Shown here: in pieces, positions 1 through 9,044 of the stretch
How positions within the stretch are numbered: the stretch's first letter is position 1
How the letters are laid out: each line of letters opens with the position of its first letter
From: an uncultured archaeon
GTDB taxonomy: Archaea; Asgardarchaeota; Heimdallarchaeia; Heimdallarchaeales; Heimdallarchaeaceae
Assembly (NCBI GenBank): GCA_964534625.1
Contig: CAZHRF010000059.1
Location: forward strand, 1-14,731
Reading direction: 5' to 3'
Length of the DNA: 14,731 nt
Notes under the pieces: model-generated
The model's database searches: none
What the model was told of the DNA's origin: nothing
The model's input: the letters and a program-made list of their open reading frames with translations, nothing else
Position numbers and translations under genes: made by a program

Positions 1-12
1 CAGTAATTATAC

Positions 13-20
13 TTATATTA
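13..20 (+). promoter_or_regulatory. Putative TATA box for the dcyD-like gene
   Basis: TTATATTA about 27-34 nt upstream of the GTG at 47, consistent with a leaderless archaeal transcript. AT-rich context lowers specificity. Confidence 0.35.
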
Positions 21-46
21 AGGGATAATAATATACTGATTAAGGA

Positions 47-1078
47 GTGATACATCTGGAAATAGATCAATTACCTAAGTTAACCATTGGTATCTGGCCT
101 ACACCAATAACCAAATTAGAAAATCTTTCAGAAAAGTATAACACGAATTTATATATTAAGAGAGATGATTTAACAGGTGTACTATTGGGAGGAAACAAAG
201 TTAGAAAACTAGAATATTTTTTTGCTGATGCCCTATCGCAGAATAAACAAACAATTATAACTACTGGTTCAGCTCATTCTAACCACAACAGTCTAACTGT
301 GGCTATTGCTAATATGCTTGGATTATCAACCTATTTAGTCGTTGCATTGGATGAAAATGAAACTATCTCCGAGAATAAAGACATTAACGGCAATTTACTT
401 TTACAGAACCTTTCAGAAGCTAACTTTGTATTCACTAAAAAAGACGAAACTAGTAAAACAATACATACACTCTTAAAAAAATTAGAAGAAGAAGGCAAAA
501 AGCCTTATTTTATACCTGTCGGAGGGCACGCTCCTTTGGGTTTATGTGGATACATTACTGCTATGAAAGAGATACAAGCACAAAGTCAAACTTTAGGTAT
601 TAACTTTGATTATATGGCAGTTTGTGTAGGAACAGGAACAACTGCAGTAGGGTTATATTTGGGCAAAATCATCTATAACTATCCTACTGATTTAATTGGT
701 ATCAACGTCTTAAAAGACAATGAGTGCATTCTTGTTGATAGTCAACAGATAATAGCTGAATTCAATGAAAAATATAACACCAAGTATGATTTTAAAGAAG
801 CTTCCATTAGATTTGTGGATGATTACTTGACTGGAGGATATGGTAAACATGACAAATCGATTTTTGATACAATTGAACTTTTAGTGAAGGAAGAAGGAAT
901 ATTAATGGATCCCATCTATACAGCCAAATCTTTCATGGGCTTATTAAAAATGATTGAAACCGATAAAGGTATGCAAAATAAGAGTATTCTTTATATTCAT
1001 ACTGGAGGGCTTCCTATACTATTTGAAAAAGGTTCACGGGATTTCTTAGTTGATAACCTTGCAGATTTAAGACTTTAA
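47..1078 (+). CDS. dcyD: D-cysteine desulfhydrase / ACC deaminase family PLP-dependent enzyme (D-Cys desulfhydrase-type residues)
   Basis: PTPI..L, LYIKRDDLTG..LGGNKVRKLEY (PLP lysine), SNH, IPVGG, VGTGTTAVGL, DPIYTAK and IHTGG motifs. GTG start is uncertain. Confidence 0.85.
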   Translation: MIHLEIDQLPKLTIGIWPTPITKLENLSEKYNTNLYIKRDDLTGVLLGGNKVRKLEYFFADALSQNKQTIITTGSAHSNHNSLTVAIANMLGLSTYLVVALDENETISENKDINGNLLLQNLSEANFVFTKKDETSKTIHTLLKKLEEEGKKPYFIPVGGHAPLGLCGYITAMKEIQAQSQTLGINFDYMAVCVGTGTTAVGLYLGKIIYNYPTDLIGINVLKDNECILVDSQQIIAEFNEKYNTKYDFKEASIRFVDDYLTGGYGKHDKSIFDTIELLVKEEGILMDPIYTAKSFMGLLKMIETDKGMQNKSILYIHTGGLPILFEKGSRDFLVDNLADLRL

Positions 1079-1178
1079 AAAGTTACTACAGAAGATAATT
1101 ACAGAAATCCTCCATCTTACATTTTCTTTAAAATTAGTGTTACTTCCTATTTTTATTAATCCCTTTTTTACTAGCTTT

Positions 1179-3296
1179 TTAACTTTTACTTGGACATTTA
1201 GGATTTAGACATAATATCCAAGGTTGTGAATGTTTTTTATTAAATACTTTAATTACTGGCCATCCATCATGCTTACAGGTGACTTGAGTTGTCACAATTT
1301 TACCTCTTTGTGGTAAGGGAAATGTTGTTCCACACGCATTTTTTGTGCCATATGTTGAACAACTCGCAAATCTTTTCTTTGTTCTTGGATTAATAACTAC
1401 TTGGATTTCACCTTTTCCACATAAACACTTACCTAAAATTTGTTTATCTTCTGCTTTTTTATCAGCTGTTTTCTTACTTGTTTTTGAACTCACTCTATTT
1501 ATTGGGAATTCATCCAATATAGGAGTTAACAATTGTTCTACCTCTTTTCTATGTTCTTTAGTTGTTCGTTTTCCCTTTTTGATTTCCTCCAAATGATCTT
1601 CTAGTTCCCTTGTAAACTCTGGAACTACTACTTGAGGACATTTGTCTTTCATCATTTGTAATACTTTTACTCCTAATTCGGTAATCGCTATTTTATAGCC
1701 TGTCAAATATTTTTTGCCAAATAATTGTTCAATTATATCAGCTCTTGTTGCTTTAGTTCCCAAATCCAATTTTTCCATCTGTTTCAAAAGAGCGATTTTT
1801 GTGTAGCGTTTGGGAGGTTTAGTTTCTTTTTCCAATAACTGTATTCTAGCTAAGTATGCATCTTGCCCTTCTTTCAGGGGAGGGAGAGTTTTTTTTATTC
1901 TAGGAGGATAAGGATAAACATCAAACCATCCTGCATTAATCACTTTTTCTCCTTCTGAAACATATGGATGACCTCCGAAAAGGAATTCTACTAAAACATG
2001 TTTGATAAGTGCTGCAGGACAAAATGTTGCCAAATATCTCCATACAATCACACTATAAACTTTGAATTCATCTATGGGTAATTTTCCTGGAAAGTTTCCT
2101 GTGGGGTAGATAGCTGGATGCGCTTCATCGGTTTTCTTTCCTTCCTTCGGTTTTAACCATTTGTTAGCTAGAATTTTTTTAGCTGCTTTTGTAAAAGTAT
2201 TTTGTTTTTCAATAGAAGACAGAATATCTACGTGTTTTAACCCCGGGGGATACTTTTCACTATCTGTTCTAGGATAAGAAATTAAGGCTTTCAAATAGAG
2301 TTTTTCTGCTACTGCTAAGGTTTTTTTAGGGGTAAATTTGAATATTTTACTTGCTTCTTTTTGAAGTGCGCCGAGATTAAAAGGTGCGGGAGGAGGAACT
2401 TTTCTTTTTCTCTCTTTTATCGTGTTAACTTTACCCTCTCTATTATTCTTCGATTCTGCATAGACTTTTTCTGCTTGTTCCTTCTTGTCAAATTTTTCTG
2501 GAACAGAGTGTGCAGGAATAGTTTTCTCATATTCCTCCACTTTTACTCTAGCTTTAATTTGCCAGTAAGGGATTGGATTATGATTAGTTATCTCCTCTTC
2601 CCTTTCATTAACTAAATTTAATACTGGTCCTTGTACTCTCCCAAAAGACAAAGCTCCTTTAGGTCGTTCTGTTTTAGGTATAGCTAAGGTTAATGCTCTA
2701 GAAAAGTTAATTCCAACTAGCCAATCAGTCAAAGATCGTGATATGCCTGATTCAAAATAGTTAAACAGCGGGGTAGGTTTCCTATTATTATATGATTTTC
2801 TTAACTCACTTTTTTGAAGGGTTGAATAGATCATCCTTGCAGTATTTTGTTTATATTTTGTTATTCCTGCCAATTTTTGAATCAATAACCCCCCAATAAC
2901 TTCACCTTCTTGATCATAATCTGTCATAATGACATACCTGTCTGCATTTTTGACCAATTTATTTAAGCCTGCAAAATAATCTCTATAAACACTCTTAGGA
3001 ATACCTCCTCTAGAAAACTTAATTTTATCTTTACGTTCCCAATCACAGCTGTAATCAGGATACGTCCATCCGCCTTTCTGAGATTCTAATCCATATAGAT
3101 GCCCTAGTGCTGGTCCAATAACTATAGGTAATTCGTTTTTTCTTGGACAAACATAATAAGTCATTTTACCATATTTTTTTGATTGGGTTTGCCCATCACT
3201 TAACGCATAGGCTAATTGTTTGGCTGCAGAAGGTTTTTCTGCTATGCCAAAAACATATTTAGGTGGGGTATAAATGGTTTTTTTTCTTCTGGGCAT
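1179..3296 (-). CDS. topA: DNA topoisomerase type IA (archaeal TopA/Topo III-like) with C-terminal zinc ribbons
   Basis: TOPRIM motifs AEKPSAA, GHL and TDYDQEGEVIG; GRVQ; catalytic ISYPRTDS; AHPAIYPT; LGTKATRADII; C-terminal Cys clusters (CLC..C..C, C...CLNPKC). The ORF is open to 3317, but ATG 3296 (MPRRKK) fits a TTTTTAAG box at 3327-3334 better. Confidence 0.93.
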   Translation of the reverse strand: MPRRKKTIYTPPKYVFGIAEKPSAAKQLAYALSDGQTQSKKYGKMTYYVCPRKNELPIVIGPALGHLYGLESQKGGWTYPDYSCDWERKDKIKFSRGGIPKSVYRDYFAGLNKLVKNADRYVIMTDYDQEGEVIGGLLIQKLAGITKYKQNTARMIYSTLQKSELRKSYNNRKPTPLFNYFESGISRSLTDWLVGINFSRALTLAIPKTERPKGALSFGRVQGPVLNLVNEREEEITNHNPIPYWQIKARVKVEEYEKTIPAHSVPEKFDKKEQAEKVYAESKNNREGKVNTIKERKRKVPPPAPFNLGALQKEASKIFKFTPKKTLAVAEKLYLKALISYPRTDSEKYPPGLKHVDILSSIEKQNTFTKAAKKILANKWLKPKEGKKTDEAHPAIYPTGNFPGKLPIDEFKVYSVIVWRYLATFCPAALIKHVLVEFLFGGHPYVSEGEKVINAGWFDVYPYPPRIKKTLPPLKEGQDAYLARIQLLEKETKPPKRYTKIALLKQMEKLDLGTKATRADIIEQLFGKKYLTGYKIAITELGVKVLQMMKDKCPQVVVPEFTRELEDHLEEIKKGKRTTKEHRKEVEQLLTPILDEFPINRVSSKTSKKTADKKAEDKQILGKCLCGKGEIQVVINPRTKKRFASCSTYGTKNACGTTFPLPQRGKIVTTQVTCKHDGWPVIKVFNKKHSQPWILCLNPKCPSKS

Positions 3297-3618
3297 AATC
3301 TCAGTAAATAATAACATAGATTTTACCTTAAAAAGCCGTCGTTTTATGGTGTAACAAAAAACACAAAAAAATAATTACAAGTAAAATGGTTTTTTCTTTT
3401 GAGATTATGAGGTCTTCTTACACCTTTATATATCCTTCATTTTTGATTAGAAAGGTGAATCAACAAGAGGATGTGGGAGAAAAAATCATAGTACAAAAAA
3501 AGAAAAAGACCATAAACCTTAGAGTTAATCTTCCCTAATAAAAAATGGTCAACTAAGTATGATTAGCAGAATGATAAAATGTATACTGAGATGAACTTTG
3601 AAGTTCATAAAAAAATGC

Positions 3619-3654
3619 AAAGAAAGAAAAAGAAAAAGAAAAAGAAAAGAAAAA
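3619..3654 (-). terminator. 36-nt pure pyrimidine (TTTTTC-repeat) tract right after the pilin stop codon; probable archaeal oligo-U terminator
   Basis: The + strand has only A/G from 3619 to 3654 with GAAAAA repeats. It starts a few nt after the stop at 3659. Confidence 0.6.
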
Positions 3655-3658
3655 TACT

Positions 3659-4804
3659 TTATACCCCTTCCCAAACAAAAATATTATCAAATAGTGCTCC
3701 TTGTATCGCCCCTGACATTAATCCAATGTATCCTGATTCTAGTTTGTCATCGATAGTTTGTAACATTAAGTTCCCATCTATATATATCTCTATAGTTGAT
3801 CCACTGGCAACAACAGTATAGTCGTACCATGCGTTATCATCTCTTGTCCATTGGGTCGTATGCAATGTTATCAAGGTACCTCTGTCTTCTTGACTTACAG
3901 GATCATCTGGATGACCTGGATATCCATGTCCTTCTACATAGAATAAAGTAAGTTTTCCTGATTCCATAGTCCCATCATAATGTGGTCCATTTCTACCATC
4001 CGTTAGGGTGTGATCATTAGAATAGGTGATCATATAAAATCTAGGTATACCTTCTTCATCTGTGTTAAATCTAAATATTATACCCATTATATCGTCATCA
4101 CCATTAGCATTCAAAGAAAAGGAAATGTTCACATCTCTAAAATTGTGTTCTTCTGCATCTAAAATGGCATATTGACAATTGTTCGGTCCATATTGAAGGA
4201 CTTTATTCCCATCGTCATCTACTATCTGCCAATCAGCTATACTTATAGTTCCAATAGGATCATGGTTAGCCACATGATAATATGTCCATTTTGTATCATC
4301 AAGGTTGTCACCTATTGAATAACTTTCAAAATCTTCACTATATCTTACAATAATAGGTGAATATTCTGCAGGGATGGTTATATCAGATGTTAAAACCAAA
4401 TCTGTATAATAAATTTTTATTCTTATTTCATCGCCATATTTTATTAAATCACGTTCTATGTTCAAAGGTTCAATGCTTACCACTTTAGAGATACCTATAC
4501 CAACCTCAACAGGTGCATTTGGGCATAACCATTCCGTCAATTCTGTGTTCTTTAGTACTTCAACTTTTTCTATACTAGTCTTAGCGCTACCTATGTTTCT
4601 AACGCTTAAATCCATTTTGTCTACATATTTATTACCCTCTCTGTCATAGAAAGTGGTTTTTTCATGTAGTAATTGAGGATTCCCTGTTAACAGTGGAATA
4701 ACTGCAAAGTATACTACTGCTGAAGCTGCTACAACTAGAGCAATAAGTAATATTGTGGCTATAACTGGAGAAACAGCTTTTTTCTTAATCTTTAACATTT
4801 TCAT
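3659..4804 (-). CDS. Archaeal type IV pilin-like protein (class III signal peptide) with Ig-like domain and C-terminal ConA/L-type-lectin (TSP_C-like) domain
   Basis: N-terminus KKKA|VSPVIATILLIALVVAASAVVY is a PibD/FlaK-type cleavage site plus hydrophobic helix. aa ~45-145 are beta-rich (VRNIGS). aa ~153-381 contain YSEDFE, GDDDIMGIIFRF, WYDYTV...IEIYIDG and SGYIGL...FDNIFV. Confidence 0.8.
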   Translation of the reverse strand: MKMLKIKKKAVSPVIATILLIALVVAASAVVYFAVIPLLTGNPQLLHEKTTFYDREGNKYVDKMDLSVRNIGSAKTSIEKVEVLKNTELTEWLCPNAPVEVGIGISKVVSIEPLNIERDLIKYGDEIRIKIYYTDLVLTSDITIPAEYSPIIVRYSEDFESYSIGDNLDDTKWTYYHVANHDPIGTISIADWQIVDDDGNKVLQYGPNNCQYAILDAEEHNFRDVNISFSLNANGDDDIMGIIFRFNTDEEGIPRFYMITYSNDHTLTDGRNGPHYDGTMESGKLTLFYVEGHGYPGHPDDPVSQEDRGTLITLHTTQWTRDDNAWYDYTVVASGSTIEIYIDGNLMLQTIDDKLESGYIGLMSGAIQGALFDNIFVWEGV

Positions 4805-4820
4805 GGTATATTACGATGTA

Positions 4821-4836
4821 TTATAAAATTATAAAA
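4821..4836 (-). promoter_or_regulatory. Tandem TTTTATAA TATA boxes upstream of the pilin gene
   Basis: + strand ttataaaa occurs twice (4821-4828 and 4829-4836). The distal copy is 25-32 nt upstream of ATG 4804. Confidence 0.5.
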
Positions 4837-5030
4837 GTATTGCCAATAACTTAAATTATTATCTAAATAGTAATATGTTATAGTTATGTCTTTTGACTAA
4901 ATACTGAATGTACCTTTATATTACATTGAGCTTGAGTTTTTAGAACCTAGAACCTTGATTTGAACTTGGATATTAGGTGCCAATGAACTTAAACTAATAA
5001 TGTTTGATCATTCAAATAATAGAATCTTTG

Positions 5031-5045
5031 AGAAAAAAGAAAAAA
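5031..5045 (-). terminator. Oligo-T tract after phoU, likely the end of the pst operon
   Basis: The minus strand reads TTTTTTCTTTTTTCT about 14 nt after the phoU stop. Confidence 0.5.
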
Positions 5046-5058
5046 TCTTGACTGCAAA

Positions 5059-5730
5059 CTATTTGATAATTACATTTTCTCCTGTTTTTGAGTAATACCA
5101 TCTTTCAGCTATGTTACAGATATGATCACCTACACGCTCAAGATGTCGCGCAATTTGGGCTACAGCCACAATCTGTTTTATTGTCATTCCCTCTAGACAA
5201 TTTTTATCATCAAATGTTTGAAATATTTCATCATATATTTTATCAATTATTGTATCAGCGTCTATCAGTTGTTGAGGATCTGGTGTCGAATCTGTTTCAA
5301 AAGCCATTTCCAAGGTATCCATCATAAAATCTATACTATTGTATATTTTTTTTATTGGGACACGATACTCTTCTGTTGTTGGAAAAAGCATATGAAGATT
5401 CTCGATAGAGTGATAAGTATCTCTTGAAACACGTTCATAGTTTCTAATTATTTTTAGAATAGACAGAATAAAACGGAGATCACCAGCGAGCGGAGATTGT
5501 AACAAAAGTAATTCTATACAATTCCCTTCTATTTGATTGGTAAGTTGCCTTACGCTCCAGTCAATTTCTTGCGCTTTTTCAATCTTGATTTTTTCTTTCT
5601 TTCCTTCCTTTAGTTCTACAAACGCTTCGATTATTTCAATATTCTTTTTTACTAAATTGTTTAAATGTAATAGGTCTTGTTTAAGGCCTTTAAGCTTATC
5701 AGCATATTTTTTGCGTGTTGTTTTTATCAT
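5059..5730 (-). CDS. phoU: Phosphate signalling/transport accessory protein PhoU
   Basis: LQSPLAGDLRFI...YERVSRD, DTIIDKIY and ARHLERVGDHICNIAE motifs; lies directly downstream of pstB. The start is set at ATG 5730 because the upstream GTG (5739) is part of an AGGTGA SD. Confidence 0.92.
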   Translation of the reverse strand: MIKTTRKKYADKLKGLKQDLLHLNNLVKKNIEIIEAFVELKEGKKEKIKIEKAQEIDWSVRQLTNQIEGNCIELLLLQSPLAGDLRFILSILKIIRNYERVSRDTYHSIENLHMLFPTTEEYRVPIKKIYNSIDFMMDTLEMAFETDSTPDPQQLIDADTIIDKIYDEIFQTFDDKNCLEGMTIKQIVAVAQIARHLERVGDHICNIAERWYYSKTGENVIIK

Positions 5731-5744
5731 TATTTTCACCTGTA

Positions 5745-6560
5745 TTAACCAAATCTACCTGTAATATACTGTTCGGTTAAGTCTTTATCTGGTTTTTCAA
5801 AAATTTTCTCTGTATAATTATATTCTATCAATTCACCAAGATACATGAAAGCGGTTTTGTAGCTTATACGAGCAGCTTGATGCATACTATGTGTGGCAAT
5901 AACTACTGTATAATCTTTTGCTAAATCAATAAGCAAGTCCTCTATTACAGCTGCTGAAATAGGATCTAAACTCGCACACGGTTCATCAAACAGCAATATT
6001 TTGGGGAAGACTGCAAGGGTTCTCGCAATACAGAGTCTTTGTTGTTGTCCTCCCGATAGCGCAATAGCTGAATCTTCCAGACGGTCATGTATCTCATCCC
6101 ATAATCCAGCTCGCTTAAGACTAAATTCGACTATTTGATCTAACCTATCTTTATTTTTAATTCCCCGTATACGTGGTCCATAGGCTATATTATTATAGAT
6201 AGACTGAGGAAAAGGTGTAGGACGCTGAAATACCATTCCCACTTTTGTTCTCAGTTGAAAAAGATCAATTTTATTTGATAAAACATTTTTACCATCTATG
6301 ATGACCTCTCCCTTATAATTTACTATTGGCGACCTTTCATCGTTCATTCTATTAAATGTTCGTAGAAAAGTAGATTTTCCACAGCCAGAAGGACCAATCA
6401 ACGCCGTGATTTTATTCTTCTCAATATTGAGAGAGACACCTTTAACAGCGTGAAAATCTCCATAAAAAACATCCAAATCTTGTACAGAGAAGGCTATATC
6501 TTTAGGTAGGTTATTCTTTGTTACTGTTTTTTGTTTTTGAGTAGATTTTAAATTAAACAT
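5745..6560 (-). CDS. pstB: Phosphate ABC transporter ATP-binding protein PstB
   Basis: Walker [49 protein letters not shown]...QAARIS and YITGRFG. ATG 6560 follows an AAGGTGA SD; the ORF track's GTG is at 6569. Confidence 0.97.
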   Translation of the reverse strand: MFNLKSTQKQKTVTKNNLPKDIAFSVQDLDVFYGDFHAVKGVSLNIEKNKITALIGPSGCGKSTFLRTFNRMNDERSPIVNYKGEVIIDGKNVLSNKIDLFQLRTKVGMVFQRPTPFPQSIYNNIAYGPRIRGIKNKDRLDQIVEFSLKRAGLWDEIHDRLEDSAIALSGGQQQRLCIARTLAVFPKILLFDEPCASLDPISAAVIEDLLIDLAKDYTVVIATHSMHQAARISYKTAFMYLGELIEYNYTEKIFEKPDKDLTEQYITGRFG

Positions 6561-6584
6561 TTTTTTCACCTTATTTTTTATTGT

Positions 6585-9044
6585 TTATTCATATTTTACT
6601 TTAAATTTAGCTCGAAATATTTGCCCTATAATAAAGAGTACCATCGTCATAACAAGTAAGATCATTGCACCAGTCATCGCCCAACTTTTGGATGGATGAT
6701 TAAACCCAGGATCTTCTATAGCCAAATACCAAATTGTAAAAGGTAGCATAGCAATACCTTCTCCTCTTAATCGTGATGGATAGGCACGTGAGCTTATTTT
6801 TAGTACTGCTACAGTGAGCATAATAGGGGCTGTTTCACCTATTACCCTACTGATAGACATCAAATAACCCGTAATAATTGATGGAATAGCATAGCGTAAA
6901 TTTTGCCCTTTAATAGCTTCCCACTTCGTTGCTCCTAAAGATAGAGCGTTAAGTCTATAATGTTCTGGAACTTGTTCCAAGGCTTGAATACTAGTAGATG
7001 TAGCAATTGGGATCATCATGATAGCCAGAGTACACGCTCCTGAAAGGAAACCATGTCCCCATTTAAATATTAAGACAAACATTCCCCAGCCAAATAATCC
7101 AACTACTACACTTGGTACAGAAGCTATGTTTTGAATAGAATCTTTTACGAATTGTCCGAATTTATTTGTGGGTTTTACATAAAAGAATAAGTAAATACCA
7201 GCAAATGTACAAATGGGTAGTGCAATAAGAGCAGCAGCGCCAACAACAATAATAGACCCGAGAATTGAAGGTAACCAACCATAATTATTACCACTCCTTC
7301 TGATGGAAAAAAGATCACGTAAAGCAAAATCTTTGAATCCTTCAATAAATAAAACGATAGTTATTGCTGTTATAATCGCCAATACCCCCAGCGTAATCAA
7401 ACGGAAAAGAGTAAAAGTTATAGCTTGACGCACATGTTTGTGTTTCGATGATGTAGAGGCATTGGAAAGAAAATATTCTTGGATAAACTGTTTTTCTTCT
7501 TCAGTATTATATAGCTCGTTGTTTTTTAAACTATTATCTGTTTCATGTTGTTTTGGATGCTTCTCTTTTGAGTTCTGATTTGAACGCATGTTTTTAGTAT
7601 TATTAATGTTGGTTTTCGTAGTGATCGATTCCGCATCTAATGGCTCATTCATCCGCCTTTTTTCAATTATATTATTATGTGCATGAGGAGTGGAATAGAA
7701 CACACCTATTCCAAATATAAAAAGAAAGAACATTGAGAAGGCAGGATTAATCTCACTTAGGCTTCCATATATAATTTGTTCAATAAAAATAAGAATAATA
7801 GGAACTGTTGATAAATAAATTGATAATTTGTTTCGATTATCTGCTATTTTATGACTGAAAAAGAATAGTCCAATTGATACAAAAATTAAGATATCCAATA
7901 TAAGGATCCCTATTAAAGCTGCATGGGCAGACAGATACGTTATTGTTTCAATTATATCCCAAATTGTTGCTAATAATAGAAAGAACCACAAAATTACCGT
8001 TACTTTACCATATTTTTGATTAAACAAGTCTTTAATGCTAATCTCTTCACTTTTGATAATCTTTCTATATGATGGGAGGAAAATTTTCTTTTTAGCGATA
8101 GATCTTCCTATTCCTGTGACTAGAAATGATAAAAGTAGAAGTTCTAATGCTATAACATATAATGCAAAATACTCTGCAGTAAATAAAGCCACATTTTTGT
8201 ATTCAACAGCTATTTTAGCAGGAATAGGCGCACCTCCTTGTAGGGGGTTAAAGACACTTTTACGTAGATACCACGTTTTTGCACTAACCATAGCAACAAC
8301 CATTGTTTCTCCTATAACACGAGCGAAGGCAAGTATACAGGATGAAACAATACCTTTGATAGCATAAGGAATACTGACTTTCCAAATAACCTCTAACTTA
8401 GAGGCTCCTAGGGCTGTACCTGAATGCTTGATATCAGTTGGAACAGAATCTAGAGCTTCATCTGTAAGAGTGGCAATAAAAGGGATTGTCATAAAAGCTA
8501 ACGCGATTGACGAAGTTATCAGCACTTTCCCCGAATTTAATCCAAAAAAGTTTCGTACAAATTCTGTCAAATAAAATATGGCTAATAAACCTACAACAAC
8601 ACTTGGAATAGCATTAATTAGTTCAATTGCTGGTTTGATGATATTTTTGATATGCTTGGGGCAAATTTCTGCAAGGAATATACCAACAGATATACCAATA
8701 GGTATTACCAAAATCATCGCATAACTAGTTACAATCAGACTACTGATAAGAAGATTTTTACTCCCAAAATATCCTTCTTCGTATTCTGCTTCAGGTATCC
8801 ACTTTTCCGTAGTTATGATTTCTTTGAACAATTTAAAATCAATAAGAAATCTGCCTGTATTCGTAATAATAAATACTGTTATAAATATGACAAATAAACT
8901 CGCGAAAATAGCACAAAAAGCACTAAAATATTTAATGAATAGATCTTTTTTTTGTCTTGTCGATCGAAATCCGATGGTTTCTTGCTCAAAAAATTCTGAA
9001 CTCATAGGAGAAGTAGAATCTATATCATCATAAGATTGAGACAT
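6585..9044 (-). CDS. pstC: Fused phosphate ABC permease PstC-PstA with an extra central 4-TM segment and polar linker
   Basis: Two complete permease modules: IPSVVVGL / ALGAS / ARVIGETMVV (PstC, aa ~35-320) and VPSVVVGLFG / LSLGAT / SRVIGETAPI (PstA, aa ~540-822), in one uninterrupted frame. ATG 9044 follows an AGGTG SD; the ORF track's GTG is at 9053. Confidence 0.9.
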   Translation of the reverse strand: MSQSYDDIDSTSPMSSEFFEQETIGFRSTRQKKDLFIKYFSAFCAIFASLFVIFITVFIITNTGRFLIDFKLFKEIITTEKWIPEAEYEEGYFGSKNLLISSLIVTSYAMILVIPIGISVGIFLAEICPKHIKNIIKPAIELINAIPSVVVGLLAIFYLTEFVRNFFGLNSGKVLITSSIALAFMTIPFIATLTDEALDSVPTDIKHSGTALGASKLEVIWKVSIPYAIKGIVSSCILAFARVIGETMVVAMVSAKTWYLRKSVFNPLQGGAPIPAKIAVEYKNVALFTAEYFALYVIALELLLLSFLVTGIGRSIAKKKIFLPSYRKIIKSEEISIKDLFNQKYGKVTVILWFFLLLATIWDIIETITYLSAHAALIGILILDILIFVSIGLFFFSHKIADNRNKLSIYLSTVPIILIFIEQIIYGSLSEINPAFSMFFLFIFGIGVFYSTPHAHNNIIEKRRMNEPLDAESITTKTNINNTKNMRSNQNSKEKHPKQHETDNSLKNNELYNTEEEKQFIQEYFLSNASTSSKHKHVRQAITFTLFRLITLGVLAIITAITIVLFIEGFKDFALRDLFSIRRSGNNYGWLPSILGSIIVVGAAALIALPICTFAGIYLFFYVKPTNKFGQFVKDSIQNIASVPSVVVGLFGWGMFVLIFKWGHGFLSGACTLAIMMIPIATSTSIQALEQVPEHYRLNALSLGATKWEAIKGQNLRYAIPSIITGYLMSISRVIGETAPIMLTVAVLKISSRAYPSRLRGEGIAMLPFTIWYLAIEDPGFNHPSKSWAMTGAMILLVMTMVLFIIGQIFRAKFKVKYE

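Noticed and set aside
1345-2615. Short + strand ORFs 1345-1596 and 2361-2615
   Set aside because: Antisense shadows of topA with no recognisable motifs.
3579-3821. 80-aa + strand ORF with a poly-Lys run
   Set aside because: The Lys run is the translation of the A-rich terminator tract, and the rest is antisense to the pilin gene.
4458-9033. Short + strand ORFs within the pilin, phoU and pstCA genes
   Set aside because: All are fully antisense to well-supported genes and have no domain signatures.
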